DNA from: an uncultured delta proteobacterium | Lineage (GTDB): Bacteria > Desulfobacterota > Binatia > HRBIN30 > BPIQ01 | DNA: 64,000 nucleotides | NCBI GenBank assembly: GCA_963761335.1 | Contig: CAVXGR010000007.1 | Location: 32,001-96,000, forward strand | Direction of reading: 5' to 3' | Part shown: positions 30,038 to 42,862 of the stretch, one piece after another | How the letters are laid out: each line of letters starts with the position of its first letter | Numbering within the stretch: the first letter of the stretch is position 1 | Notes under the pieces: generated by a model | What the model was told of the DNA's origin: nothing | Databases searched by the model: none | Seen by the model: only the letters and a program-made list of their open reading frames with translations | Made by a program: the position numbers and the translations under genes

Positions 30038-31032
30038 GTGCTCTTTACGTGGCTTCAGTTCGCCGTCTGCGCTGCTCTGATCTGGGCGGGCGGCATCCGG
30101 CTGTCGCGCTACGGCGACATCATCGCGGAGAAGACCGGCCTCGGGCGCACCTGGATCGGGCTGCTGCTGCTGGCCAGCGTGACCTCGCTGCCGGAGCTTC
30201 TCTCCGGCATCAGCGCCGTGCTCCTGGTCAAGGCCCCGGATATCGCCGTCGGCAACATTCTGGGCGCCTGCGTCATCAACCTCTTCATGATCGTCCTGCT
30301 CGATTTCCTCAACCGCGGCGAGTCGGTGTACACGCGCGCCAGCCAGGGACACATTCTCTCCGCCGGCTTCGGTATCGTGCTCCTTGGCCTGGTCGCCTTC
30401 AGCATCGTCGTCGGCGGGCGCGGCGGCGCGCCGGCGATCTTCCACGTCGGCATCAGCAGCCTGATCCTGCTCGCCGTCTACGTCCTGGCGATGCGCACCG
30501 TCTATCGCTACGAGCAGCGCCAGATCGCCGAGTTTCGCGCCGAGGCAACTGAGCTGTACGCCGACGTCAGCCTGGGAGATGCCCGCGCCGGGTTCATCCA
30601 GGCGTCGATCGTCGTGGTCGCAGCGGCTGTGTGGTTGCCCTTCGCCGGCGAGCGCATGGCGCAGATCATGGGATGGGACCAGACGTTCGTGGGGACGCTC
30701 TTCCTGGCGTTCGCCACCACCCTGCCCGAGATGGTGGTCACAGTCACCGCCCTGCGCATCGGCGCGCTCGACATGGCCATCGGCAATCTGTTCGGCAGCA
30801 ATCTCTTCAACATCGCCATCATCGGCGTCGACGACATCTTCTATTTCCGCGGCCCGATCTACGCCCACGTCTCGCAGCTGCACCTCGTTTCCGCCCTCTC
30901 GGCGATCATGATGACCGGGGTCGCCATCGTCGGCCTCCTCTACCGGCCGCGGCAGCGCGTCCTGCGCACCGTCGGCTGGGCGAGCCTGATGCTCCTGTCC
31001 CTGTATCTTCTGAACGTGCTGGTGCTCTACCT

Positions 31033-31045
<13 letters not shown>
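30038..31045 (+). CDS. Sodium:calcium antiporter (CaCA/YrbG-like)
   Basis: Two alpha repeats: TSLPE...GNILGA and TTLPE...GNLFGSNLFN. Confidence 0.92.
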
Positions 31046-33669
<2,624 letters not shown>

Positions 33670-33679
33670 GCCGCAGACG

Positions 33680-33760
33680 CCGGGGACAGGCTACCTTTCG
33701 GCGGCGGACGGAGCTCCTGTTCTCCGACACCGCTTGCGCCGAAAAGTAGCCTGTCCCCGG
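33680..33760. repeat. Repeat family E inverted pair
   Basis: CCGGGGACAGGCTAC...GTAGCCTGTCCCCGG. Confidence 0.85.
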
Positions 33761-33916
33761 CAGCGCAGGCCTCATCACCGCCGCGATAACCGCCGGGGGC
33801 CCTGCTTCTCACATGTGGGAAGGCCGCCGCGGGTTATCGACTCGACCTTGTCGCTTCCACCCTGGCAGGGTATTTGCGCTCCCGGGGCCGAGACGGCTTG
33901 GCCCGGGGAGTCACGT

Positions 33917-36900
33917 GTGTCCACAGACAGCAACGGATCTTTCACTTCACGCATCGTCGAGGTCTTTCTCCGCGGCAATCTCTCGATCCTGCTGATCGCC
34001 GTGTCGCTGCTGCTCGGCGGCGTGGCCCTGTGGGTCACGCCGCGCGAGGAGGAGCCGCAGATCGTCGTGCCGCTGGCCGACGTCTTCGTCTCCGTCCCGG
34101 GGCTCGACGCCCCCGAGGTCGAGCGGCTCGTCTCCACCCGCCTCGAAAAGCTCCTCTACCAGATCGACGGCGTCGAGTACGTCTACTCCATGTCGCGTCC
34201 GGGCGCGGCGATCGTCACCGTGCGCTTCTACGTCGGCGAGAACCGCGAGAACTCGCTGGTGAAGATCTACAACAAGGTGCAGTCGAACATCGACAAGGTG
34301 CCCGCCGACGTGAAGGGCTGGGTGGTGAAGCCGGTGGAGATCGATGACGTCCCCATCGTCAACATCACTCTGTGGAGCCGCGACCCCAAGCGCTATGGGG
34401 CGTACGCCCTGCGCCGCCTCGCGGAGGAGCTCGAGATTCAGCTGCAGGCGGTGGAGAACACCAACGCCACCATGGTGATCGGAGGACCGCCGCGCCGCCT
34501 GCGCGTCGAGCTCGATCCGCAGGCGCTGGCGGCGCACCGCACGTCGCCGCTCGAGGTCGCCTGGGCACTCGGCGTCTCCAATGTTCAGGTCGATGCCGGC
34601 ACCTTCGACCAGGCGGACCAGCAGTTTCAGGTGGAGTCCGGACCGTTCTTCCGCAACGCCGAGGACATCAGCGGGGCGGTGGTCAACGTCGTCGACGGCG
34701 CCCCGGTATTCTTGAAGGACGTCGCCACCGTCATCGACGGGCCGGACGAGCGGACCACCTACACCTGGATGGGCTTCGGGCCAGCCGCCAGCACCGAGCG
34801 CCGCGAACTGGCGGGCAGCTTTCTGCTCCCTGCGGTGAACATCGCAGTCGCCAAGAAGAAAGGAACCAACGCCGTGTGGGTGGCCAACGCCGTCGAGGAG
34901 CGCCTGCACGAGCTCGCCGGCACCCTGCTTCCAGAGGGCGTCGAGTACGACATCACCCGCAATTACGGGGAGACCGCGAACGACAAGGTGAACGAGCTGG
35001 TCGAGGGGCTCTCGGTCGCCATCGTCATCGTCATCGGCCTGATCGCCCTCACCCTCGGCTGGCGCGAGTCGCTGATCATTGCCGTCGCCGTGCCCATCAC
35101 CTTCTCGCTGACGCTGATCGTCAACTATCTCCTCGGCTACACCATCAACCGCGTCACTCTCTTCGCCCTGACCCTCGCCCTCGGTCTGGTGGTCGACGAT
35201 CCGATCGTCGACGTCGAGAACATCTACCGGCACTTCAAGATGCGCCGCGAGCCGCCGCTGCAGGCGGTGCTCACGGCGGTGCAGGAGGTGCGGCCACCCA
35301 TCATCCTGGCGACCCTGGCGGTGATCGTCTCCTTCGTGCCGATGTTCTTCATCACCGGGATGATGGGTCCGTACATGCGGCCGATGGCGCTCAACGTGCC
35401 GCTGGCCATGCTGATGAGCCTGCTGGTGGCCTTCACCGTCACGCCGTGGATGACCTACCACGTGCTCAAGCGCGAGTACGGACGCACCGACGAAGAGCCG
35501 TGGGTGCTCGAGCGCAGCACCACCTACCGGCTCTACTGCGCCACGCTCGGACCGTTTCTCGAAAAGCGCTGGCGCGGCTGGACGCTGCTCGGCGTCATGA
35601 CCGTGCTCTTCGTCTTCGCGATGTGGCTGGGCGGAGCGCGCCTGGTGCCGCTCAAGATGCTGCCCTTCGACAACAAGCAGGAGTTCCAGATCGTCGTCGA
35701 CATGCCGGAGGGCACGACCCTGGAGCGCACCGACGCCGCCGCCCGCGACCTCGCCGATCTCCTGCGCCGGGCTCCCGAGGTGATCAACTTCCAGGTCTAC
35801 AGCGGCACCGCCTCGGCGATGGACTTCAACGGCCTGGTGCGCCACTACTACCTGCGCTCCGGCCCGGAGGTTGCCGACATCCGCGTCAATCTGGTGCACA
35901 AGGACCGCCGCCAGCAGCAATCGCACGAGATCGTTCTGCGCCTGCGGCACCAGATCGAGGCGGTGGCCAAGCGCTGGGACGCCAACGTGAAGATGGTGGA
36001 GACACCGCCCGGTCCGCCGGTGATCGCCACCATCACCGCCGAGATCTACGGCGACGCGGACGTCCCCTACAGCCGGCTGCAGCAGGGAGCGCTCGCGGTC
36101 GCCGAGCGCCTGCGCCGCGAGCCTCTGGTCGTGGACATCGACACCACCGTGGAAGCGGAGGAGATGAAGTGGGCGTTCGAGGTCGACAAGGAGAAGGCGG
36201 CGCTCTCGGGAATCTCCACCGAGGACATCGGACAGACACTGCAGCTGGCGCTGGCCGGAATGACGGCCGGACGCGTGCACGTGCCCGGTGAAGTGAACCC
36301 GCTGCTGATCGTTCTCCGCCTGCCGCGCGTCTCGCGCAGCTCGATCGAGGATCTGCGCGCCCTTTATCTCAAAGGGCGCCCCGGCTACGTCCAGGAGACC
36401 GATGCCGGCGGCCTGCGCGCCGCACCGATCCCGGTGGTGCAGCTCGGCGAGCTGGGAGAGTTCCACGAGGACACCCGGGATCAGACGATCTACCACAAGA
36501 ACCTGCAGAGGGTCGCCTACGTGTTCGCCGACACCGCCGGGCGCGCCCCCGCCGAGGCGATCATTGACGTGATGGCGGACCGCGTCGATCCCGTGGCTGC
36601 CGGCGTGGCGGCGGCCCCGCGGCCGCTCGCGGCACGCACGTACTTCAGCAACGGCGGGGCCGACCACTGGTCGATGCCCGCCGACACCGCCGCCGTGTGG
36701 AACGGCGAGGGCGAGTGGAAGGTCACCCTCGACGTCTTCCGCGATCTGGGCATCGCCTTCGCCGCCGCCTGCGTCGGCATCTACGTCTTGCTCGTCTACC
36801 AGACGAGCTCGTACTTCATGCCGCTCATCCTGATGATCTCCATACCGCTGACCATGATCGGCATCATGCCCGGGTTCTGGTTGCTGAACGCGATCGGCGC

Positions 36901-37294
36901 CGAGAACGTCGGTGGCTTTCCAAACCCCACGTTCTTCACGGCCACGGCGATGATCGGCATGATCGCCCTCTCGGGGATCGCCGTGCGCAACGCCATTCTG
37001 CTGATCGAGTTCGCCCACGAGCGTCTGCGCGCCGGCGACACTCTGAGCAGCGCCCTGCAGTCGTGTGGCGCCGTGCGACTGCGACCGATCTTCCTCACCG
37101 CCGGCACCGCACTGCTGGCGGCCTGGCCGATCACTCTGGATCCGATCTTCTCCGGCCTGGCCTGGGCGCTCATCTTCGGATTGTTCGTCTCCACTGCATT
37201 CACGCTGCTGGTGATCCCGGTCACCTACGATCTCGTCTATCGCAATCGCCCCGGCCACGGCGTGCCGGTGGCGGAAGAAGAGGCGCAGTCATGA
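33917..37294 (+). CDS. RND efflux permease (AcrB/AcrD/AcrF family)
   Basis: TPREEEPQIVVP, GLVVDDPIV, RNAILL, RLRPIFLT; GTG start with GGGGAG RBS. Confidence 0.95.
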   Translation: MSTDSNGSFTSRIVEVFLRGNLSILLIAVSLLLGGVALWVTPREEEPQIVVPLADVFVSVPGLDAPEVERLVSTRLEKLLYQIDGVEYVYSMSRPGAAIVTVRFYVGENRENSLVKIYNKVQSNIDKVPADVKGWVVKPVEIDDVPIVNITLWSRDPKRYGAYALRRLAEELEIQLQAVENTNATMVIGGPPRRLRVELDPQALAAHRTSPLEVAWALGVSNVQVDAGTFDQADQQFQVESGPFFRNAEDISGAVVNVVDGAPVFLKDVATVIDGPDERTTYTWMGFGPAASTERRELAGSFLLPAVNIAVAKKKGTNAVWVANAVEERLHELAGTLLPEGVEYDITRNYGETANDKVNELVEGLSVAIVIVIGLIALTLGWRESLIIAVAVPITFSLTLIVNYLLGYTINRVTLFALTLALGLVVDDPIVDVENIYRHFKMRREPPLQAVLTAVQEVRPPIILATLAVIVSFVPMFFITGMMGPYMRPMALNVPLAMLMSLLVAFTVTPWMTYHVLKREYGRTDEEPWVLERSTTYRLYCATLGPFLEKRWRGWTLLGVMTVLFVFAMWLGGARLVPLKMLPFDNKQEFQIVVDMPEGTTLERTDAAARDLADLLRRAPEVINFQVYSGTASAMDFNGLVRHYYLRSGPEVADIRVNLVHKDRRQQQSHEIVLRLRHQIEAVAKRWDANVKMVETPPGPPVIATITAEIYGDADVPYSRLQQGALAVAERLRREPLVVDIDTTVEAEEMKWAFEVDKEKAALSGISTEDIGQTLQLALAGMTAGRVHVPGEVNPLLIVLRLPRVSRSSIEDLRALYLKGRPGYVQETDAGGLRAAPIPVVQLGELGEFHEDTRDQTIYHKNLQRVAYVFADTAGRAPAEAIIDVMADRVDPVAAGVAAAPRPLAARTYFSNGGADHWSMPADTAAVWNGEGEWKVTLDVFRDLGIAFAAACVGIYVLLVYQTSSYFMPLILMISIPLTMIGIMPGFWLLNAIGAENVGGFPNPTFFTATAMIGMIALSGIAVRNAILLIEFAHERLRAGDTLSSALQSCGAVRLRPIFLTAGTALLAAWPITLDPIFSGLAWALIFGLFVSTAFTLLVIPVTYDLVYRNRPGHGVPVAEEEAQS

Positions 37295-38385
37295 GCGGAA
37301 AACGCTTTCTCCGCACGGCCGCCGAGGTCATCGCGGCGCTCGCGGCCATGGTCCTGCTGATCCTGTGGATGTCCGGCGTCTTCGGCCACAAGATCCCCCC
37401 GGGTGAGGTCGAGGCCGCCGAGGAGATGGCTCCGGCGAACGCGCCGACGGCATTGGTCGAGGAGGCCGAGGTCCCGGTCGTCGAGGAAGCGGCGGGCACA
37501 GTGCAGGCAGCGCGCAAGACGGTGGCATCGTCGCGCATCATGGCGACCATCCGCGACATCCTGGCGCACGCCGGCGATCAGGTGAAAGAAGGCGATGTGT
37601 TGATCACCCTCGACAGCCGCGAGCTGGAGGCGCGGGTCCAGGAAGCCGAGCGCGCTGTGCAGGGCGCGGAGGCGTCGCGGGCCAAGGCGGAGAGCGATTT
37701 TCGCCGCGCCAAGAGCCTGGTGGCCCGCGGCGTCGTCAGCCAGAGCGAGTACGATCAGGCCGCCGCCGCCTTCCACGTCGCCGACGCCGCCTACGAGAGC
37801 GCCCAGAAGGCGCTGCAGGGGGCACAGGTGGGGATGAGCTACGCCGAGATCCGCGCTCCGGTCACCGGCCGCATCATCGATCGCTTCGCCGACCCCGGAG
37901 ACACCGCGTTGCCGGGCAAACCGCTGCTGTCGCTGTACGATCCCACCGCCCTTCGCCTCGAGGTGCCGGTGCGCGAATCCCTGGTCGCGGGCCTGCATCT
38001 CGACGACCAGCTGCGCGTCCGCCTCGGCACCGACGAGGAGACCATCGAGGGGACCGTCGACGAGATCGTCCCGCAGGCAGAAGCCGGCTCCCGCACGTTT
38101 CTGGTGAAGGTCGGCCTGCCCAAGAGGCCGGGGATCTACACCGGCATGTTCGGCCGCCTCATCATTCCGGCCGGCAGCCGGCGGCGCGTCCTGGTGCCGC
38201 AGGCGGCGCTCGAGCGCGTCGGCCAGCTGCAGTTCGCCTACGTGGTCACCGAGCCGAATCGCCAGCTCGAGCGGCGTCTGGTCACCACCGGCCCCGCCGC
38301 CGGCGACAGCCGCGTCGAGGTGCTCAGCGGGCTGCGGCCGGGGGAGAAGGTGCTGCTGGGGAGTCCGGAAGAGAAGAGAATGTAA
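37291..38385 (+). CDS. RND periplasmic adaptor (MFP) subunit
   Basis: N-terminal TM, GDQVKEGDVL lipoyl half, IRAPVTG, VEVLSGLRPGEKV. Confidence 0.93.
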   Translation: MSGKRFLRTAAEVIAALAAMVLLILWMSGVFGHKIPPGEVEAAEEMAPANAPTALVEEAEVPVVEEAAGTVQAARKTVASSRIMATIRDILAHAGDQVKEGDVLITLDSRELEARVQEAERAVQGAEASRAKAESDFRRAKSLVARGVVSQSEYDQAAAAFHVADAAYESAQKALQGAQVGMSYAEIRAPVTGRIIDRFADPGDTALPGKPLLSLYDPTALRLEVPVRESLVAGLHLDDQLRVRLGTDEETIEGTVDEIVPQAEAGSRTFLVKVGLPKRPGIYTGMFGRLIIPAGSRRRVLVPQAALERVGQLQFAYVVTEPNRQLERRLVTTGPAAGDSRVEVLSGLRPGEKVLLGSPEEKRM

Positions 38386-38561
38386 AATGGAGAACCGGTG
38401 ACCGGTGATGGAGAACCGGCAAGCCGTGCAATGCGGCCGTGTACGTCAAGGACGCTTTCCTTGCGCTGCGCCGTGGCGCCGTTGCGTGAGTCTGAGTCCC
38501 CAGGAGCCTCGCGTTTACCGGTTCTCCATCACCGGTCACCGGTTCTCCATTCTACATTCTC
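38376..38561. repeat. Repeat family G inverted pair (AATGTAAAATGGAGAACCGGTGACCGGTGATGGAGAACCGG)
   Basis: 44-bp arms at 38376-38419 and 38518-38561; second pair at 63378-63483. Confidence 0.88.
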
Positions 38562-38618
38562 CGCCCTCCCCGCCCGCCCCCTTCTAATCCGCGGCGTTCT
38601 CCTTCATATTGCCGCGCC

Positions 38619-39983
38619 ATGTCCCAGGCGCACCTGCTAACGCTGCTGCAGACGATCAGCTCGTGGGTCTGGGGGCCGCCGCTGCTCGTTCTGCTGGTCG
38701 GCACCGGAATCTATCTGACCGCTCGGCTGCGTTTTCTGCAGCTCCGCCAGCTCGGGCACGCTCTCTACCTGGGGCTCATCGTCCGCCGCGAGCCCGGCGA
38801 CGAGCCGGGCGACATCTCGCACTTCCAGGCGCTGATGACGGCGCTGGCGGCGACCGTCGGCACCGGCAACATCGCCGGCGTCGCCACCGCCATCGCCACC
38901 GGCGGGCCCGGAGCCCTGTTCTGGATGTGGGTCACCGGTCTGGTCGGCATGGCGACCAAGTACGCCGAGGCGGTGCTGGCGGTGCGCTACCGCCGCCGCG
39001 ATGCGCTGGGCACGATGAGCGGCGGGCCGATGTACTACCTGAGCGACGGCCTCGGCCAGCCGTGGCTGGGGACGATCTTTGCCGTCTTCGCCTCGATCGC
39101 GGCCTTCGGTATCGGCAACATGGTGCAGTCGAACTCGGTCGCCGATGCCGCCACCGCCACCTTCGGCGTGCCGCCGCTGCTCACCGGAGTGCTCATGGCG
39201 GTGGCCACCGCCGCCGTCATCCTGGGTGGCGTGCGCAGCATCGGCCGCGTCGCCAGCGCCCTGGTGCCGGTCATGGTGATCTTTTACATGGCGGCCGCCG
39301 GCGTCATCCTCTTCATCCATGCTGATCGCATCGGGCCCGCCTTCGCCGCCATCATGAGTCATGCCTTCACGCCGACCGCGGCCACCGGCGGCTTCGCCGG
39401 CGCCACCGTCATGCTCGCCGTGCAGATGGGGGTGGCCCGCGGCGTCTTCTCCAACGAGTCGGGTCTCGGCAGCGCGCCGATCGCGGCGGCGGCGGCGCAG
39501 ACGCGCTATCCGGTGGCGCAGGCAATGGTGTCGATGACGCAGACGTTCATCGACACGCTGGTGGTGTGCACGGCCACCGGTCTGGTGCTGCTGGTGTCGG
39601 GCACCTGGAGCTCCGGCCAGACCGGAGCGCAGCTCACCACCATGGCCTTCAGCGAGGGTCTTCCCGGCACCGACGGAAACATCGTGGTCGCCGTCTCGCT
39701 CATCCTCTTCGCCTACACCACGCTGCTCGGCTGGAGCTACTACGGCGAGAAGTCCATCGAGTATCTCGCCGGCGAACGGGCGATTCCCTGGTACCGGGGG
39801 GTGTTCTGCTGCCTGGTGGCCGTGGGAGCCGTGGCCCGCCTGGATCTGGTGTGGACCTTCGCCGACGTCATGAACGGCCTGATGGCGGTCCCCAATCTCA
39901 TCGGGTTGCTCGGCCTCGCGGGAGTGGTGGTCGCGGAAACCAACACCTATCTTTCGCACCGCCGCCGCGGCAGAGACTTCTGA
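38619..39983 (+). CDS. Sodium:alanine/glycine symporter (AGCS family)
   Basis: [48 protein letters not shown]. Confidence 0.95.
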   Translation: MSQAHLLTLLQTISSWVWGPPLLVLLVGTGIYLTARLRFLQLRQLGHALYLGLIVRREPGDEPGDISHFQALMTALAATVGTGNIAGVATAIATGGPGALFWMWVTGLVGMATKYAEAVLAVRYRRRDALGTMSGGPMYYLSDGLGQPWLGTIFAVFASIAAFGIGNMVQSNSVADAATATFGVPPLLTGVLMAVATAAVILGGVRSIGRVASALVPVMVIFYMAAAGVILFIHADRIGPAFAAIMSHAFTPTAATGGFAGATVMLAVQMGVARGVFSNESGLGSAPIAAAAAQTRYPVAQAMVSMTQTFIDTLVVCTATGLVLLVSGTWSSGQTGAQLTTMAFSEGLPGTDGNIVVAVSLILFAYTTLLGWSYYGEKSIEYLAGERAIPWYRGVFCCLVAVGAVARLDLVWTFADVMNGLMAVPNLIGLLGLAGVVVAETNTYLSHRRRGRDF

Positions 39984-40103
39984 GCCCAGCGGGCGATCCT
40001 TCCGGGGCTGGAAAAAAATCGCCCCCCTGGATTCAACCTTGCCGCGCCATTTGGCATTCTAACGGGAGAAGGAGAGAGCCAAAGGTGGTCGCGCAATGAA
40101 CCG

Positions 40104-40484
40104 ATGGGAGGAGCTGCACCGATACTGATCGTCGAGGACGAGCCGCACACGCGCGAGGCCTTCGCCGCTCTTCTCGAGCTGCAGGGGTACCAGGTCGTCG
40201 GCGCCGGTGACGGTCAGGAAGCCCTCGAGCAGCTCCGTTCCGGTCTGCGGCCCGGGCTGATCATCCTCGATCTGATGATGCCGCGCATGGACGGCTTTCA
40301 GTTCCGGCATCGGCAGATGCAGGACCCGGCGCTGGCGGAGATCCCGGTGATCATCTACTCGGCGCGTTTCGAGGGCCACGACCGCGCCGTGCTCCTCGGC
40401 GCCGTGTATCTCGAAAAGCCCTTCGACCTCGAGAAGCTCCTCGAGGTGGTGCACTCGTACTACCCCCTCCCGCAGCCGAACTGA
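40104..40484 (+). CDS. Single-domain response regulator (CheY-like receiver)
   Basis: ILIVEDE, ILDLMMPRMDG, YLEKPF. Confidence 0.92.
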   Translation: MGGAAPILIVEDEPHTREAFAALLELQGYQVVGAGDGQEALEQLRSGLRPGLIILDLMMPRMDGFQFRHRQMQDPALAEIPVIIYSARFEGHDRAVLLGAVYLEKPFDLEKLLEVVHSYYPLPQPN

Positions 40485-40552
40485 TCGGGCGCGGGGACAG
40501 GCTGCCGTTGCCTGTCCCCGCAGTGCCCGGCAAAGAGATCTGGACGTTCTCA

Positions 40553-41146
40553 CCTGGGCGAGGTTCGCCCCGGAGGGGCGGTGGCGTGTAGCCCCGGGTG
40601 AAACCCGGGGAAAGTGCGCGGTCCGTCATACGCGCCCCGCCCGGGGGCGCGGGCAGATTTTCGTCGATGTCGCGTCTGTATGCCGATGATCACCGCTGGG
40701 TACGTGGGTAGGCTCATCGACGTGATTCACGCGGCCTCTACGCCTGCGCCCCTCCGGGGCGCTGATCTGGGCCAATCGGAATGCAGTCCCCGGGTGAACG
40801 AGGCTGTCTCAAAACCCTTGCAAGGTGACTTTCGCCGGCTCGCGGGCCCGGTAGAAGCGGCGTCTCGCCGCTTCGGAAAGCGCCGGGGCTCCGCCAGACC
40901 TTCACCCAACAGATTTTCGAAGCAGTGCGTCATGAGCCTTGCGGCTCGCCGGCAGACGATGAAAATGGACGGCGTCCTGATTCACTGATCAGACGCTTGC
41001 GATGATATTTCCGCGTCGCGGGGGCGGGTCTCCTCTCCCCGCATTCTTTTCGCGGGGAGAGGATCAAGGTGAGGGGTCCCTGTTCACTGAAAGCTCGTGA
41101 ATCTCCACGGCTTTCACAGAGATCGGCGCCCTCACCCTGACCCTCT
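40553..41146. repeat. Composite repeat (families C, B, D), inverted homolog of 50654-51295; left part, interrupted by IS110
   Basis: Blocks 40553-40674, 40735-40799 and 40881-41146 match the reverse complement of 51295-50720. Confidence 0.88.
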
Positions 41147-41160
41147 TCTATGACGGCTCT

Positions 41161-41166
41161 TGTCAA
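41161..41166 (-). promoter_or_regulatory. -35 box TTGACA at IS right end (circle-junction promoter half)
   Basis: Sits 17 bp from TACCAT (42854-42859, minus strand) only after the two ends are joined. Confidence 0.75.
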
Positions 41167-41169
41167 GTG

Positions 41170-41400
41170 GTCATGTACGCCCTCGCTCTGTTCTGGGCTC
41201 CGATCCGTCGGTGGCGAGTCTTCTATTCGTGCGCGTCCTCGTGTGGGGACGGTCACCAAGTTATCATTCGTCCCGTTGGATATTGCCGAGCGCTGCAAAA
41301 CTCCCGAACGTTGGCACCTTGCGGCGCAACCAGAGGGCCAGACGCAGTCGCTCGAGGGGACAGCCTGCCGGATGCGGAGCGGGTTGGTGGTCGATGAACA
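41170..41400 (-). ncRNA. Predicted bridge RNA (seekRNA) in the 3' non-coding end of the IS; ends approximate
   Basis: Two stem-flanked internal loops whose segments match target (CTGACCCT-CT-CCCG) and donor (ATGGTAA-CT-TCTAT). Confidence 0.8.
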
Positions 41401-41405
41401 AGAGT

Positions 41406-42497
41406 CTAGGCCGCTTGCGCCTGGCTCCGCTCGTAGGCGAGCCAGCGAGCTCGCAGCCGCAGTGCCAGCTTGCGCGCCACCGCCACGATGGCCTTCTTCT
41501 TGCCGACCCGCGGCCACAGTCTCTGGTAGAACTCCCGCAGCTCGGCATCGCCACGGGTACCGCGAGCAACCCAGGCGCACTGGATGATCCACGAGCGAAT
41601 GAAGGCGGGACCGCACTTGCGAATCCGACCCCGTCGCACGGTGTCGCCGGTGCTGTGCTCCTGGGGCGCGAGGCCGTAGAAGTTGACGATGGAGTCGGCG
41701 GTGGCAAATCGATGGATGTCGCCCACCTCGAGCACGAAGCGAATCGCGGTGAATTTGCCCACACCGGACTGCGCGGTGAGCGCCTGAACCAGTGGCTTGT
41801 ACTGCGGCAGGGCAGCGACCCCAAGCAGCTCTGTCTTGAGCATCTTGGTGCTCATCGCGGCGCTCTGGCGCAGGATGAGCAGCTGCGCCACACAGGCCTT
41901 GAGGGCGGGGGCGAACTCCTGGGCCGCCAGCCACTGCCCGAGCGTCGACCAGCCGGCGCTCGGCGCAGGCGGCATGTATCCGTGCTCTTGGAGCAGCATG
42001 CGCACTCTGGCTTGCTGTCTCTTGCGATCGCGCAGAGCGGCATCGTAAGTGCGCGACAGCTGGCGCAGCTGGTGACAGTTCCGGACCGGAATGTGGATGC
42101 CTTTGAGCATTCCTCTCTCGTAGCGCAGTGCCAGGCCGCTGGCGTCGTGTCCATCGGTCTTCACGTGGCTGCCGGGTGCCTTCTCCACGGTGCTCGGCGG
42201 CACCACCAGCACATCGAGTCCCTGCGCCTGCGCCCACCAGGCGATCTCGTAGCCGAAGCCGCAGGCCTCGTAGACGATGTGCACGTGGCAGCCGTAGCCC
42301 CGGTACTCGCCTGCCAGAGCTTGGAGGTGGCAGAGCTCGCCGGGGGTGCTCAGCCGCCGCTGCTCCAGCCCACTCCAGCGACAGGTGTAGACCCATTTCG
42401 AGCGCGACAGATCGACACCGATGATCACGCTCTCGCCGGCGGCGGGGCGCGTTGGGAGGTGTTGCTTGCCTACGGGCTTTAGAACTAATCTTCGCAT
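41406..42497 (-). CDS. IS110 family transposase/recombinase (DEDD RuvC + Transposase_20)
   Basis: IIGVDLS, VYEACG, KTDGHDA, GVGKFTA, GLAPQEHSTG, IVAVARKL; AAGGAG RBS before ATG 42497. Confidence 0.95.
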   Translation of the reverse strand: MRRLVLKPVGKQHLPTRPAAGESVIIGVDLSRSKWVYTCRWSGLEQRRLSTPGELCHLQALAGEYRGYGCHVHIVYEACGFGYEIAWWAQAQGLDVLVVPPSTVEKAPGSHVKTDGHDASGLALRYERGMLKGIHIPVRNCHQLRQLSRTYDAALRDRKRQQARVRMLLQEHGYMPPAPSAGWSTLGQWLAAQEFAPALKACVAQLLILRQSAAMSTKMLKTELLGVAALPQYKPLVQALTAQSGVGKFTAIRFVLEVGDIHRFATADSIVNFYGLAPQEHSTGDTVRRGRIRKCGPAFIRSWIIQCAWVARGTRGDAELREFYQRLWPRVGKKKAIVAVARKLALRLRARWLAYERSQAQAA

Positions 42498-42862
42498 GGG
42501 AGTCTCCTTCCGTTTTGCTGCCTGCGATGCAGCGTTGCTGAACGCCACTGTGGCGTCTCGCGTTTCTGAGAAGGAGGCTCCCCTTTTCGGCGCGATAAGG
42601 CACGCGTTGCCTCTGCCCCCTCTGCTCCGGGTGGAGCGTTCCGCCTTGTCCGCAGGCGGAAAGGTCTCCCTTTCCGCCATAGGAGCCCCCACCAGCCGCA
42701 GCGGAGCGGGGGTCAAGGACGATTTTGTTCCGCGAGGAATCGGCGCCGACCGCAGGGAGGCGACGAGGGGAATATGGTCCTTGAGGCCCGCGGGAGCGGA
42801 GGCTACCAACCCCCCTCGCGTTCGAGCTCCCCGCGGCAATCACCATGCCGTACATGGTAACC

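Larger units (their letters stand above)
41147..42862 (-). mobile_element. IS110 family (IS1111-type) insertion sequence, about 1.7 kb
   Basis: Ends defined by the uninterrupted homologous site at 50696-50740; no target duplication beyond a CT/CC core; imperfect subterminal repeats ATG(T)ACGGC. Confidence 0.92.

Noticed and set aside
33947..37258. 1103-aa minus-strand ORF and other long antisense ORFs
   Set aside because: Shadows of genes with strong GC3 bias; no motifs.
42498..42850. Bridge RNA in the 5' non-coding end (IS621-like position)
   Set aside because: I found no ordered set of four guide matches there; they are in the 3' end.
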